Assembly: GCF_000017845.1 (NCBI RefSeq)
Contig: NC_010546.1
Coordinates: 2,190,001 to 2,222,000, forward strand
Length of the DNA: 32,000 nucleotides
From: Crocosphaera subtropica ATCC 51142
GTDB taxonomy: Bacteria; Cyanobacteriota; Cyanobacteriia; Cyanobacteriales; Microcystaceae
Direction: 5' to 3'
In this document: in pieces, positions 7,738 through 16,564 of the stretch
Layout of the letters: every line of letters begins with the position of its first letter
Position numbering within the stretch: position 1 is the first letter of the stretch
Translations under genes and position numbers: made by a program
Notes under the pieces: model-generated
Databases searched by the model: none
What the model was told of the DNA's origin: nothing
Seen by the model: only the letters and a program-made list of their open reading frames with translations

Positions 7738-10700
7738 ATGATTTTAATAATTAATTTTGGAAAAGGAAATTTAGAAGAAGGATTTTCTTATATTACCCTT
7801 CAATTATGGTCAGATTATAGCCCTTTTCCCCAACAGTTTACCAGTTGTTTACCTGCTAACCTAGAATTAAAAAATAGTTGTAATCAATGGCGACTACAAT
7901 ATGATCAATATCATCAAAGAAATAGTTTTGATTCTAGAAACAATCTAGATGACAATGAGGATGAATTTGATTTTGAGGACAGTGTTACTAATTTTTCAGA
8001 AGTTGATTTTATCTCTTTTTCTAATAACTTACTTGAAACATTTAATCAGTGGCTAAATAGTGATAATTTTTCTAATATTCTGGAAAAAATAGCAGCAAAA
8101 TTGAATCCTAATGAAGCAATTAGATTGATTTTAAATACGGATAATGATACCTTAAAACGACTTCCTTGGAGTGATTGGGAATTTTTGAATGCTTATCCTA
8201 AATCAGAAATTTCCCTGAGTCGTTCCCATTATATTCGTGAAGAAATTAATATCAAACTTCGCAATAAAGTGAGAATTTTGGCTATTATTGGTAACACACA
8301 AGGAATTAATGTGAACCAAGAAAAACAATGGTTAAATCAATTACCAGATGCAGAAGTTTATTTTTTAGAAAAACCGTGTAAAGATGATATTAAAACCATT
8401 TTGTCTGATACTAAAGGATGGGATATTTTATTTTTTGCTGGTCATAGTAATACAAAAGAAAATACAGGAATATTATCAATAAATGATAGTAATGAAAGAG
8501 ATGTCACCATTAATGAATTAAGATGTCATTTAAAAGAAGCAATCAAAAATGGGTTACAAGTTGCTATTTTTAATTCCTGTGACGGTTTAGGTATTGGTGA
8601 CGGGTTAGCTAGTTTGTATATTCCCATTACAATTATTATGCGAGAACCCGTTCCTAATAAAGTAGCACAAGTTTTTTTTCATCAATTTTTAGAGAGTTAT
8701 GCTAACCAAAAATTATCTCTTTATATAGCAGTAAAAAATGCTAGAAAAAAGTTAGAAACCCTGGACAATGATTATCTTACTGCTTCTTGGTTGCCGATGA
8801 TATTTCAAAACCCTTCATTTTCTCCTCCTAGTTGGGTAGAGTTGGGTGGGTTTTCTCCTTGTCCCTATTTAGGATTAAATGCTTTTCAAGAAAGCAATGC
8901 TGATCTATTTTTTGGACGAGAAACGTTAATAAATGAGTTAGAAGATTTAGTTAAGCAAAATTATTTTATTCCTTTAGTTGGTGCATCAGGAAGCGGTAAA
9001 TCTTCCCTTATTTTTGCAGGTTTAATTCCTAAATTACGTCAAGATATTAATCAAAATTGGCGAATTAGTTGGTTTCGTCCGAATAATAATCCTTTTGAGG
9101 GATTCGTTAAAGCTATTTCTCAATTTACTAATAATTCTTATGATCGTTTTCAAGAATTACAATTAGAACTTGATTTAGAAAATGATAGGACTGCTATTAG
9201 TAATTGTTTTAACCAAATTATTCAAAACTTCAACTATTCTAGTAACTTATTATTAATAATTGATCAGTTTGAAGAACTGTTTACTTTATGCAATAAGTCT
9301 CAGCGTGAAGCATTTTTAAAAAGTGTACTAACTGCTATTAATACTGTTTATAAACTTACAGTTATTATTACCTTACGGGCTGATTTTTTAAGTTATTTAT
9401 TAAATTCTGTAGAATGGGGACAATTATTAAAACAATATTCTCCTCAATATATTACTTCAATGAATCGAGAAGAATTAAAATCAGCCATTGTTAAGCCGGC
9501 TGCTTTTCATGGGGTTAAATTAAAAGATAAATTAGTAGATCAATTAATTGATGATGTCTATCAAGAAGCAGGATATTTACCCTTATTACAGTTTACCTTA
9601 ACTGAACTTTGGAAACAGCAAAAAAAAGGATGGTTAACTTATCAAGATTATGAAACAATAGGAGGAGTTAGAACTGCATTAGCTAACTATGCAGAGTCAG
9701 TTTATCAAAAATTTTATCAAGAAGAACAAGAAAAAATAAAAAAAATATTTCTGCAACTGGTTACTCTGAAAGAAAATAATCAACCAACTAAAAAATTAGT
9801 GACAAAAGACAATAACTTCGTTAGAGAAAATTGGCAGTTAATCACTCGTTTAGCGTCCAGTCATCTCTTGATTACAAACTCATTAGAAAAAGAAATAACC
9901 GTTGAAATTGCTCACGAAAAATTGATTACTGCTTGGCCAAGATATTATCAATGGATACAAGAACATCAAGATTTTCTACGCTGGCGATCGCAATTATCTA
10001 ATAATATTAATCAATGGAGAAATTGTCTTCAAATAAAACAAGATCAACCGTTACAATTGAGACTATTTTTATCGAAGAAAATTGAAATTTGGAAGAATTA
10101 TCAACAACAAAAAGGTTATTTATTAAAAGATAGTCCATTAATTAATGCAAGAATTTGGTATAAGAAACGATTACATGAATTAGCAGAAGAAGAAAAAGAA
10201 TTTATTGAAAAAAGTTTAAAACTTCGTCGTAATCAAAAAATCACGATTAGTTTAATCAGCATTTCTGTCTTAGGCACTATTTCATTAGTTAGTATATTTG
10301 CTTGGGTACAATCAAAAGAAAGACAACTAGAACAATTAATTCGTTATGCTTCTTCTCAGGTAATTACTTCAGAAAATCTAAAGACCATCATCGATGTTTT
10401 ACCTAACTATTTAAACAGCGCAAATCAAAGAGAAAAAAGTAACCAAATAAAGCAAGCTATGGATGATTATCGTCAAATTTTACGAGTCGCTAATAACACT
10501 TACGAAAAAATAGAAAAAGATCCTCACATTTTCCAAAATGTATCAAATGTTCAAGATAAAATCACAAATATTTCTCAACAAGCTGAGTCCTCTTTAGCTG
10601 AAATGATTTCTAAATATAGATTACCGAAGTTAGAACAACAACTCACGAATAAACAGTTTGGCGAAAGAAAAATAAGTCAAATGATTAACCCCGATGCTGA

Positions 10701-11034
10701 TACTATAGAATATGATTATACTCAAACCATTTATACAGACGCATTAAAAACAACCCATGATATTATTATGAGTGATATAGGAGCAAAAACTGATCAAAAT
10801 AGTAATGATATAATCGATGAAGGAGAAGAAAAAATGATTCCGTGTCAAACCTTAATACAAATAGAAAAACTATGGAGAAAAGCAACTAATAATCAGTGTG
10901 GATGGTATGGAGAAGATAACGTTTGGCAATCAAACTGTCAACCATTTAAAGGAAATACCCTTACTAATATGTTGATGTATCCCAGTGATGTTCCTTTACT
11001 AGAAAATCGTTTACATCAGTGTCAAATATTGTAA
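7738..11034 (+). CDS. CHAT (caspase-fold) protease fused to STAND-type P-loop NTPase, one TM helix and a Cys-containing C-terminal domain
   Basis: I take the ATG at 7738 (MILIINFGKGN...), 4 nt after the DUF1822 stop, as the start rather than 7684, which overlaps the upstream gene. CHAT dyad: FFAGHS (His 8443-8445) and IFNSCDG (Cys 8578-8580). NTPase: PYLGLNAFQESNADLFFGRE then Walker A GASGSGKSS (8980-9006) and Walker B-like LLLIIDQFEE (Asp 9262-9264). TM helix ITISLISISVLGTISLVSIFAWV (10240-10308). Confidence 0.88.
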   Translation: MILIINFGKGNLEEGFSYITLQLWSDYSPFPQQFTSCLPANLELKNSCNQWRLQYDQYHQRNSFDSRNNLDDNEDEFDFEDSVTNFSEVDFISFSNNLLETFNQWLNSDNFSNILEKIAAKLNPNEAIRLILNTDNDTLKRLPWSDWEFLNAYPKSEISLSRSHYIREEINIKLRNKVRILAIIGNTQGINVNQEKQWLNQLPDAEVYFLEKPCKDDIKTILSDTKGWDILFFAGHSNTKENTGILSINDSNERDVTINELRCHLKEAIKNGLQVAIFNSCDGLGIGDGLASLYIPITIIMREPVPNKVAQVFFHQFLESYANQKLSLYIAVKNARKKLETLDNDYLTASWLPMIFQNPSFSPPSWVELGGFSPCPYLGLNAFQESNADLFFGRETLINELEDLVKQNYFIPLVGASGSGKSSLIFAGLIPKLRQDINQNWRISWFRPNNNPFEGFVKAISQFTNNSYDRFQELQLELDLENDRTAISNCFNQIIQNFNYSSNLLLIIDQFEELFTLCNKSQREAFLKSVLTAINTVYKLTVIITLRADFLSYLLNSVEWGQLLKQYSPQYITSMNREELKSAIVKPAAFHGVKLKDKLVDQLIDDVYQEAGYLPLLQFTLTELWKQQKKGWLTYQDYETIGGVRTALANYAESVYQKFYQEEQEKIKKIFLQLVTLKENNQPTKKLVTKDNNFVRENWQLITRLASSHLLITNSLEKEITVEIAHEKLITAWPRYYQWIQEHQDFLRWRSQLSNNINQWRNCLQIKQDQPLQLRLFLSKKIEIWKNYQQQKGYLLKDSPLINARIWYKKRLHELAEEEKEFIEKSLKLRRNQKITISLISISVLGTISLVSIFAWVQSKERQLEQLIRYASSQVITSENLKTIIDVLPNYLNSANQREKSNQIKQAMDDYRQILRVANNTYEKIEKDPHIFQNVSNVQDKITNISQQAESSLAEMISKYRLPKLEQQLTNKQFGERKISQMINPDADTIEYDYTQTIYTDALKTTHDIIMSDIGAKTDQNSNDIIDEGEEKMIPCQTLIQIEKLWRKATNNQCGWYGEDNVWQSNCQPFKGNTLTNMLMYPSDVPLLENRLHQCQIL

Positions 11035-11086
11035 TGGTTTTTATACTTTTAGAAATTAACCATGAATGTCATTAAAAATTATATAA

Positions 11087-11112
11087 AGATTTAGAAAAAA
11101 ATCTGTTTTTTT
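11087..11112 (+). terminator. weak terminator candidate after the CHAT-STAND gene
   Basis: AGATTT-agaaaa-AAATCT (6-bp AT-rich stem), then G plus T7 (11105-11112), about 50 nt after the stop. The stem is weak. Confidence 0.3.
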
Positions 11113-11160
11113 GCCAAATTTACACTATTCTTTAAATAGAAGTATTATATTATTTTTAGT

Positions 11161-11622
11161 ATGAAGCCAGCAGTCAAGAGACACACTTTAATTGGATTTT
11201 GGGCGAGTCTTGTTGGTTGGATTGGAGCAATGGGTTTTGCACACACCTATGGTTCCGCTCAAGTAGGAGCAAAACTTAGTCTCCTCACCTATCTGCTGAT
11301 GATACCTGTTTATGTTGTTGTTATTTCATTGGCTAATGGTATCGGTTGTATTATTGGTACTGGAATGTTTGGGGGTAAAGCACGAGCGTTTGAAGCTGTG
11401 TTTTGTTTTGCTTGTTCTGTGGCCATCGTGGGGTTGACTTTAGAATTTTTCTTAGAGATTTTTTACACTAAAAACTCAGGTTTTCTAGCTCATCTCTTGA
11501 CGTTTGGTGAAATTGCCTTACTCCAAGGAATTCTTATTGCTTTTAGTACCGGAGTTATCATTAGGTTGGCTGATATATTTCCTGATCTGAAAATAGGAGA
11601 AAAAAACTCAGAGGATTTTTAA
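11161..11622 (+). CDS. small integral membrane protein (about 4 TM helices), unknown function
   Basis: 153-aa ORF made largely of hydrophobic helices (LIGFWASLVGWIGAMGF, LLMIPVYVVVISLANGIGCIIG, FCFACSVAIVGLTLEFFLEIF, LLQGILIAFSTGVIIRL). No family recognised. Confidence 0.6.
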   Translation: MKPAVKRHTLIGFWASLVGWIGAMGFAHTYGSAQVGAKLSLLTYLLMIPVYVVVISLANGIGCIIGTGMFGGKARAFEAVFCFACSVAIVGLTLEFFLEIFYTKNSGFLAHLLTFGEIALLQGILIAFSTGVIIRLADIFPDLKIGEKNSEDF

Positions 11623-11740
11623 GAATGCTTACTTACAAACTTGATCCTATCTTATCAATTTTTACATCAAACAAAATTGAAAAAATGCCTATTCTAGAGC
11701 CAGCTATAATAAGTTTACTAACTTATCAATTAACAAAAAA

Positions 11741-13108
11741 ATGAATAACAAAATCATAATAATTGTCATTACTTTAGTAATACCAATTTCTGCTTTTTCC
11801 CCAATCATTAAAAGTGAAGCCGTTATCCCTCAGTCAGCTAAAGTAACACAAATTACAGGAAGAAATACCATGACCCTTCGTCGAAAAGGTGGTCAGATAG
11901 GACCAGTTTCATTGCAAAGTGTGATGAGATTATGGGATAAATTGATTATGAATCCTGATAATAATAATCCTAAGCTTTTTACTAAATTAGAATTTTATGA
12001 TCATCAAGATAACCCTCTTAATTTGAAACTCTTAGCAGGGATTGAAAATAATCTCAGGACTAACTATTATTTACCCTGCCACGTTGATAGTCCAGATAAT
12101 TTTATTATTTCCTGGGAAAACCCCAAAACTAGAAGAGTAGGGTGTAAAAAAGGGATAAAAGTTAAGTCAGGAAATAAAAGCATTAGTCATCATAATACTG
12201 CTGAGATAATAGCATCTATTAACCCCTTAATTGCCCAAGAAAAAATTTATCAATGGCGATATTGTTCTATAGTAGATGAAACTGGAAAAGGATGGTTAGG
12301 ATTACAGTCCACACGCACAAATCCTTGTACTGAACCCCTCAAACAATGTGAAGAAGAAGGACAAGGCACCTGTACAGAATTAACCACAGATGACTGGAAC
12401 ACTGCTAATTCTAATCTAGTTGCTTCTATTGAATGCGATAATAATCAAGATTTTGTAACCACGGGAACAGGGGAAGATATTAAAGAAAAAGCAGAAAACT
12501 TATGGGAAGAAGTATCTAAAAGTGGAGCAATTTTTTGTGGATTTCATGTGTTTAGTGAAGATGAAATTATCGTCACCCCTAACCCCAGCGATGATCAAGC
12601 TATTGTCCAAGTAGGAGAAGCTGAGACTTGTTTGACGTTCCAAGTTAGTTCTGGAGAAATTACCCTTAATTCTTATAAAGATCCTCAAGGATTTACTTTA
12701 CAAACTGGTAATCAATATAATTATTGTCTTGATAATCAACCTAACTCCCTTTCTAACTTTGATTTGAGTAATGAATCCATTGCTATGCAGATTTTTAAGG
12801 CAAAAGAACGGGGTTATCAATTTTGTAATGAACTACAAGAAAGTGGAGGACAAGAAGGTAGTAAAAGAACCATTCAATTAACAGCAAATCAAGGAATTCT
12901 TAAACTTGATTATCAAATGTATCAAGTTCCTGATACCGTGGTTCTTACCTACGAAGGGAAGGAATTAGTTAGACAAGAAAATGTTTCAGGTTCAGATAGT
13001 TTATCCATTCCTTTTGAGGGAAAATCAGGTCAAGTTACAGTAGAAATTATCGGCAATCAAGATATTAGTACAACTCAATGGGACTATAAGTTACAATGTC
13101 CCCAATAA
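11741..13108 (+). CDS. secreted Cys-rich protein, unknown function
   Basis: 455-aa ORF with a signal peptide (IIIIVITLVIPISAFSPIIKSEA) and many Cys spread through the mature chain. The beta-rich-looking C-terminal module ends in TTQWDYKLQCPQ. No family recognised. Confidence 0.68.
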   Translation: MNNKIIIIVITLVIPISAFSPIIKSEAVIPQSAKVTQITGRNTMTLRRKGGQIGPVSLQSVMRLWDKLIMNPDNNNPKLFTKLEFYDHQDNPLNLKLLAGIENNLRTNYYLPCHVDSPDNFIISWENPKTRRVGCKKGIKVKSGNKSISHHNTAEIIASINPLIAQEKIYQWRYCSIVDETGKGWLGLQSTRTNPCTEPLKQCEEEGQGTCTELTTDDWNTANSNLVASIECDNNQDFVTTGTGEDIKEKAENLWEEVSKSGAIFCGFHVFSEDEIIVTPNPSDDQAIVQVGEAETCLTFQVSSGEITLNSYKDPQGFTLQTGNQYNYCLDNQPNSLSNFDLSNESIAMQIFKAKERGYQFCNELQESGGQEGSKRTIQLTANQGILKLDYQMYQVPDTVVLTYEGKELVRQENVSGSDSLSIPFEGKSGQVTVEIIGNQDISTTQWDYKLQCPQ

Positions 13109-13154
13109 TCTAAGGTTTAGGTAGAGATTATTCATAAATAATCCCTAAATTCAT

Positions 13155-14645
13155 TTAAAAATTTCTCAATCTTTCTTTGATTTCTTGATGTCTTTTGATA
13201 CCCATATAACGATAGGGATCATAACCATTATCAACTACCAATTTTTCTAAATAGCTTACCCTATCAACAGGGGCCGGATGGGTGGATAAATAGCTAGTGG
13301 ATTCGTCTCCATACTCTTCTTGTAAGATAGCCATAAAGTCCCGTAAACCGTCTGCAGCATAACCCGCAGAGGCTAAAACTCTGGTTCCTAAAATATCAGC
13401 TTGAGTTTCCGCTTCTCGACTATAAGCAAGGTTAATTAAAGTTGACATTCTGGTAATAAAAGGAACCCCTTGTTGTAATTCTTGAACACTGCCTACAACT
13501 TGTCCTGAACTGTTGAGAAAATTCGCCTTTGCTACCTTTAAAAATCCGTGAGACAGAACAGCATGGGAAATTTCGTGACCTAATAATCCAGCAATTTCGG
13601 ACTCAGAATTAGCAGCTATAATAGCTCCAGAATTAACCACAATTTTACCACCCGGTAACGCAAAAGCGTTAATATTGGGGTCTTTAACCACATAATATTC
13701 ATAGTCAAAATCTCGACCCATATAGGGGGTCATTTTTCCTGCAATTCCCTTGATATAATTAATCACTTCCTCATCTTCAACTAGCTGATTTCTTGCTCGT
13801 TTATCATTAACAAAGGCAGAAATCGCTGTTTCTCCTAAACTTGATTCTCCCTGTAACATTAAACCAATCATTTGTAGGCCAGAAATTGCTTGATACGGAT
13901 CATCTCTTAAAAAGGCTGACCCCCCACTTAAAAGGGTAGTAAAAACCGTTTGAGAGATTAATTCTCCTTGAATTTTTCCTTCAAATTGACCTAAATAATC
14001 ATCCGCTAATTGACCAAATTCTTCAGCTTCAGGATAGTCATCATTAATAATAGAAAACTGTCTAGCAGCAATAGACGCTTCTAAAAATTTACCCTCTTCA
14101 GCTAATAGTTCGATTCTAGTTTTTAATAAGTCAGGATCACTCGGATACAACTGAGAAACTCTTGAAATGACTTCACTGGCTGTTTTTGGTTGCTCTTGTT
14201 TAGCACTGTTTTCACAAAATTCTGCCTCTTTTTTACAAAATTCTGCTAACTTAATATGAGCCGGAATAAACTCAGGATAACGAGAGGTCATGAGTTGAAG
14301 ATAGACAAACGCTTTACTTTTTTGATTCTCATTTTCTAACCCCTCCAGTGCCTGATTCCAAAACCGTTCACCTCCTTCTAATTCCTCAATCTCATATACA
14401 GGTTCAGGAATATCGGTTATGGTCTTTTCTTCACGGTTGAAATGGGGTTTACATTGACGATATAAAGGGGTAGCTTCTTCTATGTTTCCTTGTTGATACC
14501 ATTCATCGGCTTGTAGTAGGGTTTCGTAGCATTCTTTATTTTGGATTATGTCTGCACTATGAACCTCAAAAATATTAAAAATAATCAATCCACTGGCAAC
14601 CAGGAAACTAATGACTATCCATTTTAATTGTTTATGTTTTTTCAT
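13155..14645 (-). CDS. M48-family zinc metalloprotease with N-terminal TM/signal and TPR-like region
   Basis: 496-aa ORF with the HExxH motif in GHEISHAVLSH. NAFALPGGKIVVNSG lies upstream of it and EAETQADILG downstream, as is typical of M48 peptidases. The N-terminal part is helical and repeat-like. Confidence 0.85.
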   Translation of the reverse strand: MKKHKQLKWIVISFLVASGLIIFNIFEVHSADIIQNKECYETLLQADEWYQQGNIEEATPLYRQCKPHFNREEKTITDIPEPVYEIEELEGGERFWNQALEGLENENQKSKAFVYLQLMTSRYPEFIPAHIKLAEFCKKEAEFCENSAKQEQPKTASEVISRVSQLYPSDPDLLKTRIELLAEEGKFLEASIAARQFSIINDDYPEAEEFGQLADDYLGQFEGKIQGELISQTVFTTLLSGGSAFLRDDPYQAISGLQMIGLMLQGESSLGETAISAFVNDKRARNQLVEDEEVINYIKGIAGKMTPYMGRDFDYEYYVVKDPNINAFALPGGKIVVNSGAIIAANSESEIAGLLGHEISHAVLSHGFLKVAKANFLNSSGQVVGSVQELQQGVPFITRMSTLINLAYSREAETQADILGTRVLASAGYAADGLRDFMAILQEEYGDESTSYLSTHPAPVDRVSYLEKLVVDNGYDPYRYMGIKRHQEIKERLRNF

Positions 14646-14775
14646 CGCAAATTAAGTTTAATTGTGAAAGTGACTTTAACAGATTAGATGAGGAAATTAC
14701 GGAACTATCTATTTAATCAAATTGTGGTAAGTTATCCCTTAAAATAACAACCCTTTTACACTTTGCCAAGGTCAC

Positions 14776-15432
14776 TTAACGAGAGGTTAATTCAATAGAA
14801 GATTGTAACTGTAAAAGATGGACACGGCCTGCACTAATTTCAACAATTCTGATATTATCAGGACTACTCATCCCTTTAAGAATGCCAAAAGCAGCACCCC
14901 CAAAACCTCCCCGTTGCATATCAGGAATAGCAGCCCCCACTGCACCCCCAATAGAGGTGGCTAAGTTACCATATACCTTACTACCTTGTCGGGCCATGTC
15001 TTCGGCGGTTCGTCTGGTAATCGTTCTTCCGGGTAACATAGAACTGTGAGCAGTAATCGGAATCATTTGACCATTAACAATAATCGATTCAGCTACTAAT
15101 AATGCCCCATCTTCATAAGGTTGTACTTTTACACTAATAGGGGTATTCGCCGGAATAACAATATCCCCCGATGGCGACTTAATATCCTGCATTAAGGGTA
15201 AAATAATTGGAGCAGAGTCTCCTTGACCCACATCAACAATAATATTGTCTGGAAAGGTCACTAATAAAGCAGTCGACTGAGGTAAAATAATGCCCTGATT
15301 AGCAACAGTTTCCTGGGGAACTGAAGCATTAATAATAATATCAGGGTAGGGTGTGGCTGTAACAGGGATAGTTAGGGTAGCCAGGGAAACAAGACCGAGA
15401 GAAACTTGAGTAATAACCTTAGATAATGTCAT
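14776..15432 (-). CDS. secreted hypothetical protein
   Basis: The ORF is open to 15474, but the ATG at 15432 is preceded by AAGGA 8 nt upstream. It gives a clean signal peptide, MTLSKVITQVSLGLVSLATLTIPVTA|TP. The C-terminus is Gly-rich (GGAVGAAIPDMQRGGFGGAAFG). 15474 remains an alternative start. Confidence 0.62.
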   Translation of the reverse strand: MTLSKVITQVSLGLVSLATLTIPVTATPYPDIIINASVPQETVANQGIILPQSTALLVTFPDNIIVDVGQGDSAPIILPLMQDIKSPSGDIVIPANTPISVKVQPYEDGALLVAESIIVNGQMIPITAHSSMLPGRTITRRTAEDMARQGSKVYGNLATSIGGAVGAAIPDMQRGGFGGAAFGILKGMSSPDNIRIVEISAGRVHLLQLQSSIELTSR

Positions 15433-15656
15433 GATACAATTCCTTAAATTTTGTGTTTGTTTTTTTACACTCATTAAGTCGTTGTCATGATCGATCGCTT
15501 ATGCACTCCGAATTGGAATCTTAATCAATTTTTAACCAGCTAAACATTTCTAGAACGGATAATTGCCAATCTTGAATACTTGCCAGTACGGGTAAAATGT
15601 CTTGTCCTGACTTAATTTCTGGTAATTGATTCGGTTGGAATATGACGACAGACTCT

Positions 15657-16415
15657 CTATACTTCAGAGGAAATTTTTTCTGGTTCTTTATTCATTGGAG
15701 TGTCCATAGATTCGACAGGAATTTCAACCTCATCTTCGGTGTCTGGATTACGCTTAGAAAAACCCCAAATAAAGATTACAGCGATCGCCCCAATCATTAA
15801 CCATTCTGGGGGAACCCATTCAGGATTGATCACTCGGACCAATAGGCGTAATCCCACAAAACCAACGGTGATAAATCCTGCATCTTCGAGATAGGTATAT
15901 TCTTTTAACCAACGAATAAATAATTCTGCCAAAAATCGTAGGGTAATCACACCAATGGTTCCCCCGGCTAAAATTAACCAAATTTCATCCGCTAAGGCGA
16001 TCGCTGTGGTCACACTATCTAAAGAAAAGGCCAAATCTGTCACAGCAATTAAAGGGATCGCTTGCCAAAGAGAAGCAAACTCTGGACCATGATGATGATC
16101 TTGTTCATTCTCTTCGGAGGTAAAATAATTAAACACTAACCACAAGAGATAGGTTGCCCCCAATAGTTCAAATTGCCAAAATTGAACCACCCAGGTTGCG
16201 GTCAAAATCAAAGACATCCGTAGGACATAAGCCACCACTAACCCAACATTCAGGGCTGATCGTTGTAATTGGGGACTTTTCAATCCTTGGGCAATAGCAG
16301 CCAAAGCGATGGCATTATCAGCCGATAACACCGCTTCTAAAACAATTAAAATGATCAGTAAGATAGGAGTTTTGAGACTAAGAGCGAGAGAAGAGTCAAG
16401 AATCTGGTCTAACAT
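15657..16415 (-). CDS. TerC-family integral membrane protein
   Basis: 252-aa polytopic ORF with the TerC-type signature LEAVLSADNAIALAAIA and a second half containing DLAFSLDSVTTAIA. Confidence 0.85.
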   Translation of the reverse strand: MLDQILDSSLALSLKTPILLIILIVLEAVLSADNAIALAAIAQGLKSPQLQRSALNVGLVVAYVLRMSLILTATWVVQFWQFELLGATYLLWLVFNYFTSEENEQDHHHGPEFASLWQAIPLIAVTDLAFSLDSVTTAIALADEIWLILAGGTIGVITLRFLAELFIRWLKEYTYLEDAGFITVGFVGLRLLVRVINPEWVPPEWLMIGAIAVIFIWGFSKRNPDTEDEVEIPVESMDTPMNKEPEKISSEV

Positions 16416-16564
16416 TCAAAAATTAGGGATGAATAAGTGCAAGCAACAAAATAACGACCGTTAAAATGTCGTCACTGTTTTATAATCTGATGATTCCTTA
16501 AATTAATGATAATGTATTTCACAAAATCTCGTCAGATTTCTTATTTTTCTTCTCATCAAAACAG

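Noticed and set aside
16416-16564. Mn2+ (yybP-ykoY) riboswitch upstream of the TerC-family gene
   Set aside because: TerC-family genes are often controlled by this riboswitch. I read the reverse complement of the leader and did not find the conserved GGGGAGUAG-type core or the paired four-helix layout. A covariance-model scan would be needed to exclude it fully.
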